A stretch of DNA of 63,727 nucleotides, the filler included, from Bigelowiella natans CCMP2755 (lineage: Eukaryota; Protista; Cercozoa): assembly GCA_000320545.1 (NCBI GenBank). It is 5 parts of 5 records of this genome, joined end to end, with 100 filler letters (N's around TTAATTAATTAA, not from the genome) between each part and the next. Parts side by side here need not be neighbours in the genome. Positions count along the whole stretch, not along the records: positions 1 to 21,212 come from ADNK01003211.1; positions 21,313 to 44,348 come from ADNK01002711.1; 3 more parts are not named here. The stretch is one strand, 5' to 3'. Positions 14,172 to 28,165 of this stretch are shown one piece after another. Position 1 is the stretch's first letter. Every line of letters starts with the position of its first letter. The notes beneath the pieces are model-generated. The model had not been told where the DNA came from, did no database searches, and was given only the letters and a program-made list of their open reading frames with translations. The translations under genes and the position numbers were made by a program.

Positions 14172-14406
14172 CTAGCTTTGCCCCACAGCAGACAAGGCAT
14201 GCATGATGAGCTGCTGATGAGCACAATTCTCAAGACGAAATTTCGGCTTCTAATCGTTTTTTTTAAGGCTCATATTTTGTTAGCGATGTAGCATTACTTT
14301 ATGAGAGGATAGCTCTTTTGAACAGAAAAGTCAAACGAGATTTCATGCCCCAATAACCTACATGAAATACACAAAACACAAACACACACACACACAGAGA
14401 GAGAGA

Positions 14407-14455
<49 letters not shown>

Positions 14456-14707
14456 GACACAACCTATCATTAGTTATAATACATAAATATGAAGCACGCC
14501 AACATAAAATGCACACTTCTACATAAGTGCAAAGCAACAACATCATCATCATCATTAGCATCTTGCGTAGTCAGCGCAAGATAATTACTCCTGGTTTGTC
14601 TTTTGCTTTGGATTTCCAGGCGGAGGAGAGCTGTGAGGAGTATTAAGAGAAAATCTCAACCAAAACCGAGGGAGATAGGCAATATATTCGTACAGAAATA
14701 CTTATGA

Positions 14708-14739
<32 letters not shown>

Positions 14740-15305
14740 CGCACACACAATGTACAAGCTCATCATATGCCAGTGCTATGTAGAATACTGACTTGATAAT
14801 CTTTTGTATCCACATGAGGGAGAGGCTGTTTCCCTTAGCCACCTGTGTCATCGTCATCGTTATTGCGGATATACACACGTTATCATAACGTGCAAGTGAA
14901 TAAACCACGGCACTCTACATGTGTTTGGGGGGACAATTAAGAACAGCGATAACATTTTCATCTTGCACGTATTCCTTGATGTATGAGCTGTGGTGCAGTA
15001 GTTGAAGAATGGCCTCTTACTTTCAGAAGCTGCTGGCATTGCAGGAGGTCAGAAGGCACAACCGAGACGCGCTGATGAGGAATAATTTGCGTGTGTGCGT
15101 GCGTGTGTGTGTCTGTGCGAGTATTTACTATCATGCATACACCTAACATGTATCTACACGCGTGTGTATCCCTGCATGTTCATATGCATCCATGTTCAGT
15201 CGTATGCGCAATCATGCGAAGTTCAGCTACCGATGTCGCTGCTGCAATGATGATCTTTGCCGACTCAAAGCCCTGAAGAATAGCAGCTTCATGAAACTTC
15301 CAATG

Positions 15306-15340
<35 letters not shown>

Positions 15341-15817
15341 CTACTAGCGATTATGGTATATGTGTGCTTACTACATTCGAGACGGTGTACCTTGTAGGCC
15401 ATTCCTAGTAATGTTCTTGAAGGCAATTCTTTCAGCTTCAAATCTTTATATTCTAGATGTCCATAATATCAAATATATATTCAAACACACTTACGTCGTG
15501 TTGATGTGTATACGACAACAGGATGCTGATGGCTGCCATAGATTCTATATGTATATTACATGTATATATTTTATAACACATCAAACACAGAATAACAATA
15601 CTGTAAGAACATGAGTATCTATCGATTTGCATGTTTCTGGTACGTGCGTATGAGAGCATTGCCGGGGTCTGAACCTTCAGAAACACAGTACAGCGAGAAG
15701 AAACCCACGTTACTCTTTACTTATCGGCGTGTAAGCATCAAACGATTGAACATACGTCACAATCATAGTATATTGTGCTCATCGTACAGATGCACACACA
15801 ACACACACAACACACAA

Positions 15818-15854
<37 letters not shown>

Positions 15855-16362
15855 CTTTGGAAAACTCTTTGAAACGATGCTGGAACGTCAGCTCCTCAGA
15901 CCTAACATTTGGTTGCACCACAACCCATGCGTCATGTCTAATCGTGCATACGCGCACTTAGAAACACGCTCATCCTGCGCTGCACTATCACCCAAACGGA
16001 AGCTCATTAAACTTCAACGCCCCATTCTTCTGAAGTGCCTGAGCAGGTTCAGACCGAAAATGACGTGTCGCTCAGTACCATTACGTTGTAATGAATCAAT
16101 GATGAAAAATCCTTTCTGCTTTCTCACAGAGGTAAGTCCTCCGCAGAGTCAACAAAACTGCTGATTTACATGCATATGCATATGATTAAGAGAGGGGGAG
16201 GGGGGGGGGTATAGAGAGAGAGAGAAAGAGAGAGAGAGAGAGCGGCTCGTACCTGTATTGTTGTGTAAACACCTCGCGCTATCTCCTATTCAGCCATCGC
16301 CAACAACAAGACAGAGGCATCACACACAGTTGTTTGTATTCAGCAATCAGCCAAAATACCCA

Positions 16363-16406
<44 letters not shown>

Positions 16407-16527
16407 CACACACTTACATTTAGAGGGCAGTCGCAAATACCATTAATGCTACGTTCAAACCCACAAGTATCAGAGTAAAAATCACATCATATCACCGCAT
16501 ATTACTGCATCATGTAGAGCGCAGCTC

Positions 16528-16566
<39 letters not shown>

Positions 16567-17005
16567 TAATAATTAATACCTTTTTGGCTTCCATAATGAG
16601 AGTGTCGGCACTTGCAGGTGTACTACTCGATTTCTTTCCACGACGTCTTTTGCCCTTCTTCGAGCCCTCCCCACCAGCACCTCCTTTGTTGTCCTAACAA
16701 CATGCAAGATGAGGAAACTATTGTGAATGCGTGGTATGCAGAAGTAAACAAACATGAATACGTAAAGAATCAATTCACGTTTGTTGGATATTATAATATA
16801 TCGATAAATATTATATAAAATGTGGCATACAACAATCGCTTTTATCAGAACTTCAAAAGAAAGAAACAGCGCCTTTTACGCAATAAACGAGATTAGATTG
16901 TCGCATAGTTTGCTCTGTTTCTTAAATATCACTAAATGCGTTAAACGTAGCAGCTATCGCACTACTCGCTTCTTCCACCATGATCCATGAAAACAGTATC
17001 CCCAT

Positions 17006-17047
<42 letters not shown>

Positions 17048-17445
17048 CCCCTCTATTATATATAACCCACGCGCGCATAGAGTTGCCTAGCGGTACCTTG
17101 CGACATTGCCTCACAAGCGCATCAAACTTTTTTTGCCACTTGGTGTCCATCTGGCGCTGTACGACGGACTTTTGCTGAAGGCGCACGTTGAAAAGGTACT
17201 CAAGATACCTAAATCGTCGTAGCATCGGGCATACTCAATAAAACACCCACTGACAATCAGAGAAACAAGGCAGGCCAAAGCGTAGTTGCTTTGACTCTTT
17301 AACTAGATTGCGCCTTCTACTCACCAGTAGCAATAGCCGAGTTCCCTCGTTGAAAACAACTCGAGCTCAAAACCTTCCCCACACACCAACGCGCGTAGCA
17401 CAAGACCGAAATTAGATATTAGCACAAAACGTCGAGATTCACAAC

Positions 17446-17484
<39 letters not shown>

Positions 17485-17929
17485 GCACACCCACACGCAC
17501 ACACACGCACTTCAACTTCGACACAAGTCGCGATGAGCACAGATCAACACTATCACTTCTGCAGCTACCGAGTTCCAGGTAATGCGTGAGAAGGCCGCAC
17601 GTCTGGTCAAAGCAGTAGGAGAAGCAAGGATGCTTGGCTGGGAGGCTGCGCGCAGCATCAAACACACACAAGACAACGCGCACACCAAACAAACCAAAAA
17701 AGGAAGGAAGAAACAAGGAACACAAAATCACATCGTGACTACGAGAAGCGCGAAGAAAAGGGACATCAAACGCGGTAACACATCGATAGACACCCCATTC
17801 ATACAAAACCATGCGCGTGTGAGAAGCATTGCTATAACTAGCATAGAACTCACCCAGGAACGACGCCTGGAGCGCTAATCGGGATTCCCGCTTTCAACAT
17901 GGCCTCGTGTGCCCTATAAACGGCATTAA

Positions 17930-17960
<31 letters not shown>

Positions 17961-19108
17961 GATATTACTTAGCCAACACGCTAGCCAACTAAGATGTGAA
18001 ACGATAGACAAGGCCCGCATTCACACGGAAAAACACAAGTCAGACATCTGTACTGCTTTTCGGCTTTACCTTCGATCTAGCACCAGGGCGTTTTGCATCA
18101 AGATGTGCCAATCAGCCAGCAGCTTCCCTATTTGTTTGTTATCTTATCATTAATTGTTCTCTCCACACTCAAATAGGGCAACTGCGCGGGTGAAGGCAAA
18201 CACACACACGCACTCAATCGTGCACGTAATTGATCGATGAAGAACAATCTGCGTGTGTTTGCGCGCGAGCGCTCCTTGGTCTATGGGGAAACGCCCCGTA
18301 GACTACACGGCGCAACCCATAAACAGGGAAAACGGCGATTCGAAAATGCACTTCCAACACGAGGAATGGCATCGAGGAATGGCATTGATTGCAACCCGTC
18401 CACACCTATCTTCCGTCGCTGCCGCGCTCGGTTCTCACAGGACAGCCGCACAACCAGGCACATTGGTTTTGCGCATTGCGACATGAAGAACTGCATATCG
18501 TTGTCCTGTGGTAGGTGGCAGCAGCACAAAGGGAAACGAGTCAGCATCACTCGAGGAAGAAGGCGCCGCCCCCTCCGCAAACTAGGTACACAGCCGTGCA
18601 TTCATTCTTCGTCGCGGAAGGTATCGTGAATGTATGTGCGCTGGTAGAGTGGGAGAGAAAGGGGGTGCGGGTGGTTATTATTATTACCTGATCGCAGAGC
18701 TCAAAGGTAGGACAAAATCGTCGGAAAGAATCACGAATAGCATCTACAACAGGGCCTTTCCCCATGAATTGCTCTAATAAGAGGATTGTTTATTATTCAC
18801 AACCTCTCCGACCTCCTCCTCCTCCTCCCCCCCCTCCCCCTCCTACCACTACTCCTTTTGCTCTTAAACTTAGAAAAACACGGTGGCTCTCTCATGATGC
18901 GCATTGTATACGCAGCCTTTTCTTACTTTCACTTCCAAGCATTAGCAGCAAGTGTGATCTCGCCACGATGGCAGGGCGCTCCACCTACATCCGCCGTGAA
19001 AGTGAGGAAGAAGGTCAAAGATTGAATACGACGATGTAACAGTTGGCCTTTTGTGTATATCCATGTGCACTGCGCGCACACCACCAAAGCGATCACAAAT
19101 TTTACTGA

Positions 19109-19149
<41 letters not shown>

Positions 19150-19526
19150 TCTGACATCTATAAGCTATTCTCATGGCTCTGCAGCGTGCGTTGGTGTTGG
19201 CAATGTATGTGGGCGATGAGTCTTTGAAAGCTTCTTCCCCCTTTCTAGCTTTCCTTTCGAAAATCGTAATCATCGCAGCGGCGGCTCAGCAGGTTCATTT
19301 CTGAATCTGCTCATGCATGGGATCAGAATTTTGTTTTTCCTTACAGCGCTGACGCCTTTGTAGTAGCCGAGCGCGTCGTCGAGCCGTGCAATGCCGTCTT
19401 TGATTATCACCATTCGCCTGAGGAGGTTGGAAGCGCAGCATCGAGAACAATCATGTGAATACTTATAAAAACGAAGATATCAGATCGCACATCCATGCTT
19501 CTTTGCTGGTAGCGACCGACTATGAT

Positions 19527-19578
<52 letters not shown>

Positions 19579-19579
19579 T

Positions 19580-19619
<40 letters not shown>

Positions 19620-20220
19620 AGAGGGGGGGAGAGGAGAATTCACATTAATATATGCATAATGTCCGCTTAAACAGTCTTCTTTGTATATTCAGAACTCAAA
19701 GAGCGATGCTGTGTTTTTTAAAAAAACGCCAGCAGCGCCGACTCGAGACAACCACGGAATGGAAGAGAAACCACACCGCCGTATCATCGTCGCCGTCACC
19801 ATGGCTCCTCAACTACTACAAGCGTACGCACTTGAAATGCTTGAGCAGCGTGAGGAAGTGCAACGTCGTTTGGATTGCATTGGGGGGATGAACAACCCGA
19901 GGAGGGTGGTGAGGGATCTGCAGGTCAATACAAGCAATGGCCATTTATGGCTCTCAGCGCATGTGCGTGTTTTGACATTAAATTGGAGAAAGGGGGTTGT
20001 ATATATGCGCATAGAAGGGTACTCTCAGCAGAGAGGCCTACCGCAAAATACAGGAGCAGCAAGCATTCCTACTCGGCGAGCACGTGGCGGGGGCATGCAT
20101 ACCAGTGTGCGGGAGATGTTCAGGTCGAAGCCAGGGGTGACTGCTGCAGCAAGTTTTTGGGTACTTCGTATAACCTGGGCATGAGAGCATAAAAGATGTT
20201 ATGAATCAACTATACATAGA

Positions 20221-20257
<37 letters not shown>

Positions 20258-20429
20258 TTATATATTGTTTTATATATGCGTATTATAATATATGCATAAA
20301 TGTGAGTATCAATTGACGATATCTCGCATCTTTTTACTTTCAATATCTTTTCCAACTCCGATATGAATATTTTCCCATTAGTGACCTAATTAGGGAGAAA
20401 ACGTGAGCAAGCTCTGTCACACTTATGCG

Positions 20430-20470
<41 letters not shown>

Positions 20471-20494
20471 ACACTCATATAATATATATTATAT

Positions 20495-20526
<32 letters not shown>

Positions 20527-21212
20527 GTAATATATTATTTTTATAATTTCATATAATGCTTTTAGCACTACATCTCGGTCGCGGAAACTTTTGTGCAGCA
20601 GCCAAAGACTTCGGATAAAGCGGAGTCGCGAGTTGATTCCTAGAGGGCGGACAAACCATGCGACCAAATGCATTTATGTACAAACACACAACCAACCTCA
20701 AGCCTACACATATACACACGCGTAACGAATACGAATCCCAAAGCTTCCACACGAAACCGTCTCCCACCCCCATGCCGCAATCATAAGAAAGAAGACTCAC
20801 AATGTACAACTCGAATGCACAAAACAATTCAAGTAAATCAATCAATGGCAGCATCATCTTGAGGGCAAAACACTTCTACCGACTAATTTCGCAGCTCTGC
20901 GTTGTTATGCACCACCTTGCTTCAGCTGAGCCTCCTTTGAGTCTGCCTTCGCGCTCTTTGCAGCTGCCTCTGTTGTGTGCTATTTAGATGGGTTGTTGTG
21001 TGTCAATGAACATACGAGAGATTGGCATCGGCTATGTGTAGTCGATGTTGTTGCGACATTGAATGAAGAAGTGGCACTAATGAATTCTGCTTGTTTCTGT
21101 GTGTGGTATACGGCGATCGATCAGAATGAGAGTGCAATCGTCTTATCATGCCTTCCGTGTGAAGGAGGTTGGATTATTTACCATCATCCACTTCCAGCAT
21201 CCTCCATGAATT
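14172..21212 (-). CDS. NAA35: N-alpha-acetyltransferase 35, NatC auxiliary subunit (MAK10); 5' part cut by contig end
   Basis: Exons in the order expected for MAK10: SRLRFIRSL (~20600), PGFDLNISRTL/IPHHPPR (~20110, 19915), PAIVARSHL (~18965), ENRARQRRKI|GKLLADW (~18410-18445, 18120), HYLELG|FELELFSTRELGYCYW|YLEYLF (~17335-17590, 17205), LPFG|SEELTFQHRFKEFSK|VQTPAMLSY (~15640-16030), LLK|VAKGNSL, final exon KPKFRLENCAHQQLIMHALSAVGQS*. Confidence 0.88.
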
Positions 21213-21312
21213 NNNNNNNNNNNNNNNNNNNNNNNNNNNNNNNNNNNNNNNNNNNNTTAATTAATTAANNNNNNNNNNNNNNNNNNNNNNNNNNNNNNNN
21301 NNNNNNNNNNNN
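21213..21312. other. Artificial contig linker
   Basis: N-run, TTAATTAATTAA (stops in all six frames), N-run; 100 bp. Confidence 0.98.
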
Positions 21313-22535
21313 AGCAATGGAACTCGATATCGCTCGTTCTTGAGGTAGATTCATTTCGCCTTTGATCCCCCCCCCCCCCCCCCCCCTCCTTCCTCGCGGA
21401 TGTTGAATAATTTTGTCAACCGCTTGATAGGACCGGGCTCTCCTTGATTTGGTCCATATACGCTGTTCTTCGTTTCGTGTGCGGCCGGGCGACGTTGTCA
21501 AGGCCGGGCAGATTTTTTGCGAATTTGGAGATGTTGGGTAGTAGTAGTAGAAGTCGCAGTAGTAGTAGTAGTAGTAGTAGTAGCGATCCGAATCAGCCTG
21601 ATGGTGGAAGAGATTAGTAGTGAGATATGGTGGACATTGTAGAAGTGGTGGCAGTGGTAATAGTCGTAGCAGTAGTTGTAGCCGTTGTAGCCGTTGTTGT
21701 TGCTGTTGTTCTTCTTCTTGCTGTGGTTTTTCGGGGCATAGAGGGGACAAAGCTCGAGGGGGGGGGGGGGGGGGGGATGGAATGATAGCATTTTGTGTTT
21801 GTGATGTGTGAAAAGTCTACTTTGCTGCTGCTGTTTCGATGTTTTGGGATCCTTCGGTCCTTCTCCTGTTCCTCTCCCTTCCCCTCTACGGTTTCTCTTA
21901 CATTTGCGCTATTTTTTTTTTTGGCTGTTTTCTTCGGCTTTTCGCTGCTCAGTTTCTGCCCAAGACCGCACCTCCACCTCCAACTGACAGCGTCTCAGAA
22001 GCCAGACGCCCCCACTCTTCCTTTCACCTTTCTCACCGAGAAGCAAGAGGGGGGGGAGGGCGGCGCTCCAGCCACGAGTAATGGCGGAACACATAAAGAT
22101 AGGGATGCATTTGTAAGGAGAGAGGGGTGGGGTAGTTTGGCCACAAAAGCATGGAGAAAAGATTACCAGATTCGCACCGAACGACACATAGATTTATTTA
22201 AAAAAAAAAACCTAAAAAAGTAATATATCCTGCTCCCCTTTCTTCTGTGAGTTGGGCAGCTAAGTGCGCCAATCCAACTTCTCAGTGCGTTCACTCATCT
22301 TCACCTCCCGATGTGTATGAAACGAAAATATTTAGCAAGCTTCCAGCCCTTGGCCGGTAACTGGTATTCTGGGGGTGAAGGCCGGCTGAGTACACCTCCA
22401 ACACTAGCAGCGTGGTACCGGCGATTAGAGATGTTGTCCATCCTGCTTGATGTCATCGTCGGGTCTGTGAAAGCGAGAAGCTGCATAGCCGAGTATGTGC
22501 TTGGACCTCTGTTGCCTTTGCCAGCGAATGAATAG
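21313..22535 (+). CDS. Peptidase M23-family metallopeptidase, C-terminal portion (5' cut by contig start)
   Basis: Exons QWNSISLVLE | DRALLDLVHIRCSSFRVRPGDVVKAGQIFCEFGDVG (~21431-21537) | FCPRPHLHLQLTASQKPDAPTLPF (~21953-22030) match the M23 pattern V.vGD.VKAGQ.I..G..G.S..PHLH. Likely last exon ASFQPLAGNWY; stop position uncertain. Confidence 0.75.
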
Positions 22536-22840
22536 AATAAGTTATTTTTATTGGGGCTCGACTGGCGTCATGTTCAAAGCTGTAGAGCTGAAGTGCGTGC
22601 CGGTAATTGGTGACTTGGCTATTTCTAGATTTCAGTAGTCCCAGGGCTTCATACATGATGCCTGCATGTGCATTGTTTGCGTAGATTGCATAACTCGTAA
22701 TTAAAACTAGAGAGGCTCCTTATTATCGCGCGGATGCAATGCGGTGTGGACATGTGCGATGTAGCGTTCTAGCGTTGCCGTTGTAGCGACACGCAACAAT
22801 GCGTGCTCAATAGTGCTAGAGTGGCTTGCTTGCCTTGCAT

Positions 22841-22938
22841 ATATAGAGCCTTTATGGCTATATAGCGTACGACCACATGTGTAGTGGATAACATATGTGC
22901 TGATAGGCTGTACGCTATAGAGCCTTTATGGCTATATA
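22841..22938. repeat. Two copies of a 23-bp near-palindrome TATAGAGCCTTTATGGCTATATA
   Basis: Copies at ~22842-22864 and ~22916-22938. Confidence 0.8.
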
Positions 22939-23207
22939 CATGCTAGCTTGCGGGCTACGATCGCATAATTGCACGTTCTAGCGTTGTCCATGGGTCGATC
23001 ATATGTAAGAAGCATAAGAATGTTGATTCGAGTCTAATAATAGAGGCGTTAGCACACTAAGCAGATTAAAGAGATACCATTCATTTGGAAGCGGCTATCA
23101 TTGTTTTGGGAGGCGTCACTCTTACGATAGACATGTGACAGCTGCAATGTGATGATGCGCAATAGATTAGCGTCGATTCGTCGGCGTTCCGTATATGACT
23201 CTGTCGA

Positions 23208-24006
23208 TCAGTACAATGATTTGATAAAGCTCCGTGCTACTCCTTGTGCCAGATACAGCAAACTCAAATACTGAGGCATTGTAGAAATGAACACGATCTG
23301 CATGTGTGAGGTCGAAATCATACGTGAGTTGATGATGCTCATACGCACGCAAAGTTGTATCGCAAACTCTGCAGGTTATTATACAAACAGGTGTATGCTA
23401 TTTGTGACTAGCTAGCTAGAACTGCCACGACAACGAATGACAAAAGAAGACATCATCCAAGCCCTCAAAACAACAGACACGACTACTACTTCTACTACTA
23501 CTACTGTACTACAAGGAGAAATTTCCAACATATTTGCTCAACAAAAGACCTTAGAGTTGATGAATCCTAAGCCCTTCTTTCGAGATCCGAGAAAAAATGG
23601 GTAAAGTGCCCTCGCGATCGTTCCGATGGATCCGGCAAGGGTTGCGGAGCGCACGTCCACAAAGACGGCATGAAGCCACATCATCCCGAGGAAGGGAACC
23701 ATGTGCTCTAGCGTGTTCAGATGGATCCTATCAGCCCTCAGCATGACACGGTCTTGGCCAAAATACCTGGCAAAACCCAACAGGTTGGGAGGGTGGTGGA
23801 GAGCATCTAGTAAGCCAAATTTGATCTCACCTATCGAATTTCTTGTCCTCGGCCTTGTAACGGCGCTCCAGAACCCGCTTTGTGAAGGCGGCGTTCAAAA
23901 GGAAGCCATAGTACACACTCAGGTACGCAAACGTAACAATTCCGGGGCCTACGAATTCCCCCGCAATCAGTGAAGCTTTGGGAATCAATGCAGTTTTGGA
24001 AGCCAT
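23208..24006 (-). CDS. MAPEG family membrane protein (microsomal GST-like), 3 exons
   Basis: MASKTALIP...AYLSVYYGFLLNAAFTKR...KFDR | YFGQDRVMLRADRIHLNTLEHMVPFLGMMWLHAVF...ARALYPF | IVFISTMPQYLSLLYLAQGVARSFIKSLY*. It has the R..H.N.LE motif and four hydrophobic segments. Confidence 0.85.
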
Positions 24007-24513
24007 TGGCGTGCGAGGCAGGGGCGGAATCTGGTCCTTCCTCAAAACCCTTTTGAGATTTTAGAAAATGCCCTGTATTCTTTAGGAGCGACATACGTAT
24101 GAAACCAAAATACGAGTGTATTCTGATTATATTAGGCAACTATTTGCACTGGGAATATAAAAAGATCTCCAACAGAATGCTATCCGCACGTCGAATTGGG
24201 TTAACAGTTGCGTGTTTGGTGTAGCTCTACCTAGACAATAATTAATACGGAGATATACTAAAACTTTCGGAATAGTAAATCTCGGAACCTCGAGCTTGTC
24301 GCACAGCGGAATCTGATAAGTTGGATGAAGCTTTGCAATCTGAACCTTACGACGGGCTAAACTATGCAAAATTGAGTTATAATACAAGTCGTAATATCTA
24401 TAAAGTAGGTCATTCTTTGGATTTATCTGTCTTTTCTCGTTAAGCACTAATCTGAAAACCTTTTCGACCAACCAGAGAAGTAGGGCGTGCGTCCTTCCCC
24501 CCTCGAAGCCCTC
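24007..24513. promoter_or_regulatory. Putative bidirectional promoter (MAPEG / Romo1-like)
   Basis: About 500 bp of AT-rich, microsatellite-free spacer between divergent start codons. Confidence 0.5.
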
Positions 24514-25068
24514 ATGTCCTGGTGGCCCTTCGGAAAGAAGACCGAGTTCAAGGACATCCCTCTCGTCTATAACACAAATGTGGAAGACTCCAAAAATACC
24601 TATGATGATGAACCGCAGTCGGAAACCTACGACGCAACACCGCAAAGTAAGAAATAACTGGCTTCTTAAATTTGTATCGCTTGTCATGTAAAATCCATCT
24701 ATTTCCAGCGTCTACTGAGGTAACCGAAAGGAGATTGTACTACGACGAATCTCTTTACCAAGCGAACAAAGGCGGCCAATTTACTCAAAAAGCCTTCGCA
24801 GCAAGCATGGGCTTCGGAATGGTACACCCGCTATTTATCGGGCGTCCTAGGCAATGCTCATTGTCTTTATTCCACCTCCCTCCCAAAGGGATTTTTCGTA
24901 GGTTCGACTGTCGTGGCAGCTAGCGCATTGGTGAATCCCAGAATGCGACAGATGGGCTGGACAGCCCTCCGACCGCACGCAATAAGTGCCGGCGTAGCTT
25001 TCGGAACAATTTTCGCAGGGGGTCAGCTCCTACACACTTGGGGTGCCGGCGGCCAGCATGAGCACTAG
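24514..25068 (+). CDS. Small Romo1/Mgr2-like (Tim17-superfamily) membrane protein, 3 exons
   Basis: MSWWPFGKK... | ...KAFAASMGFGM | GFFVGSTVVAASALVNPRMRQMGWTALRPHAISAGVAFGTIFAGGQLLH...*. The glycine-zipper segments resemble Romo1 MGFVMGCAVG...SGGTFGTFMAIG. Missed by the ORF track because it is spliced. Confidence 0.6.
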
Positions 25069-25750
25069 GAAAAGATAAAGAGAAAAAAAGGAAAATTAAT
25101 CGGGCCGAACACAATCCTCGACGGTTTTGGATTAGTTTCGTCTGACAGTGTGTCAGATACGAGCTCGCCTTTTATGTGATCCACACCAACACAGAACGTT
25201 TCCGCGCGTGGTAAGAACGCATCTCGTATAATATACTTTTACACGCGGAAGGCGCTAGGGTGTACGCCTTCAGCAGCTATAAGCCTTCATAAGCTACTAT
25301 TCAACACGTACGATAGACTTGGCTACGCTATCATTGCGGCTTGCACCGCTTCATCTTCGATCATCGTTGGCACGGTTAATAGGCACTACTAGCATGCATT
25401 GTAGCAAGACTTCCAACAGTAAGGCTATAAAGACTGTCCTCAACCGTGAAGGATAATGCGTTCGTATATGTGCACATGCGCACGCATATGATTTTCTGCA
25501 TGAGATTTTTTTAAATATCGCAATGTGTAGATTTATGCTGGCAATTAAATGCTGTGGCGCAGCCAACAGCGAGTGAGCGGTTATTGGCATGGCTATAATC
25601 AATGTCTCCGCAACTGACAATTTCGACATGACCAAACGGTGATATGAAGCATGAATAACAAGTGAATGCTAGAATGCAGTAATTGTTATATTGTATTAGC
25701 AAAAATTAACCCAAACACACAATGCGCTACGTACACAAGAATGCGCTTGA

Positions 25751-25804
25751 AGCTACATAGGGATGACCATTGAACAATTCAATTGATTGATTACATCCGT
25801 CTTA
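25751..25804 (+). mobile_element. Dispersed element copy 2 (short, diverged)
   Basis: AGCTACATAGGGATGACCATTGAACAATTCAATTGATTGATTACATCCGTCTTA. Confidence 0.55.
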
Positions 25805-25914
25805 CAAGAATGCTCCAAACGTATGTACGAGCTCGTGCAGTAGCTGCATAGGACGCGTTCATCTTGCACACGCTTATCCCAGCCGCTGTGGTTCTTCGAA
25901 CATCTCTACTGGTC

Positions 25915-25986
25915 TCACCGCACAATTGGGTACTGGCTGCTCCATCGGAATTCTATGACTTTGGATTCCTGAGAACAAATGCAAGT

Positions 25987-26031
<45 letters not shown>

Positions 26032-26362
26032 TGTGTGTGGCGTGTGCGCGCGTGTTTGTCCGTTCACGGGATTCTCTTCCCACGATATGCCTGTTTCCGC
26101 AAGTCAGAACGCCGATGATTTTTGTCCCCGACCCGGTTCGACAAATAGACGTGCCGCAGGACAAAAATCGTCGCCGGTGCGTTCCATTCAATCGCTTTTG
26201 AGCTCAATAGCAAGGCTCACCACAACAGGGATTTGCTGCTTCTTCGGCATTGCATCATTAAGCAGTGATTTCGCCCATTCGTACCTTTCCGGGAACGACA
26301 ACCGGAGTCCCGTATTGGCTCAGATCGAGCTAAAAAATACACCATTTGAAACCACGCACACA

Positions 26363-26415
<53 letters not shown>

Positions 26416-26690
26416 AAACACACAAACACGTGACATTCTACTCGTACCACGGGCAGATTACAGAAGAAATTACAGCATCATTCTAGAGCATAGCCAAGTT
26501 GAGACCACGATCACTGACGGTGTCTAGAATCGAGTTTGGCAGTATGTTGTGAGACGCTTCGGTGCATGGTTTGTTCGCATTATCGTACATCTTCTTGTGT
26601 CCTTGAGAGAGTGGTGGGTGGAGGGATCCATCCTATACGCCCCGTGAACATCTCATCCTAGCGTTTATTATAAATTAAAACATATCAATT

Positions 26691-26746
<56 letters not shown>

Positions 26747-26926
26747 CAATATTAATGTGTGTGTTTGTGTGTGTGTGTGTGCGCGCGCTTGTGTGGATCT
26801 GTTTCAGCGTTGTACAACTAAAACCCCGACTATTGCTGTTAACTACCGAATGATGTAATTAAGACTATCCCCTCACCAAACGCTATCGTTCTAATATATC
26901 TCTCAAGGGGTGAGCGAGTCAACTCA

Positions 26927-26961
<35 letters not shown>

Positions 26962-27080
26962 ATGGTATGGAAATATGTGGAAAATATCACCACGTCAGTC
27001 TGCTGAAGCCCCTCGATTTGGTCTAGAGCGTAGTCAGCTGTATGCATCAATACGCATATATTTTAAAAGACATTATAAAA

Positions 27081-27120
<40 letters not shown>

Positions 27121-27466
27121 TTACACCTGACGCATCGTCATAATGAGGCAAACACAACTCGCTTCTGTACCTAGCGTGGCCACGTGTTCGGGCTTCGCGT
27201 CCTGCTCACAATCAAAGACGTTCCTCCACAACGCACCAATGAGCTCCTGCAAACAGCACATCTTCACCACATGCCGCTCTCTTCTATTCCTTCAAAAGAT
27301 CAAGCTGCACGTAATATGAATAAAATGAAGCTGTGTAGTGATTATATAACACCGACCGCGTCTGAGTCATCATTCTGCAGGGCTACGACGGCCTTATCAT
27401 ATGCTGTCATTGAGCCGAACGTCCACTGCTGCACCTCTTTTAAGTTTCTGAAGCGGAGAGTGCAGG

Positions 27467-27511
<45 letters not shown>

Positions 27512-28123
27512 GGGTGGGGGGGGAGAGGAGGGGGAAAAACCACGCCAAGAACGTAAAACAAACATGTCAGATAAACGCAAACAGTCTCCCTCGTGGGATG
27601 TGTGAAAGGCTCGCAAGCTGGTGATAGAGTACGGCAACTGCTGTGGATATAAGCATATCGCGACTGCATGATTCCTTCCTCCCATTGTACTCAACGCCGC
27701 CGCCGCGCAAGGAATTCGGAATGAATGTGACGGACGATGGGCAGATATTATATACATATTATATATATCATCGTTATCATTATCACAATAATCCTCCTCC
27801 TCATCAATATCCCAATGCTCAGAGAGAACACACTGGTTGGCGTTCAACGTCCGCATCAACTCGTGGCGCTCGCCGCCGCACCGCTCTAGACGAAATTCCG
27901 ATGACGATACAGTATACGTGGAATCTTACTTGGAAAGCATAAGCGAGAGCACTCCCTCCTTGTAGAGACGTGGCTCGGTGCGAGCCCACACCTGAAATTG
28001 GACAGCAATGGTTGTTGTAAACATGTGGATTCTCCCCAGCTTCCATCGTTATTTATCCCGCAAAGTGCTCACCTGCTCGCATATCTCGGCGAAGAGCTTA
28101 GCACCTTTGAGAGAGGGGGTGGC

Positions 28124-28165
<42 letters not shown>

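Noticed and set aside
18890-20192. Apparent plus-strand gene (ORFs 18764, 19681, 19875)
   Set aside because: The minus strand of the same interval carries ordered NAA35 exons with proper splice sites.
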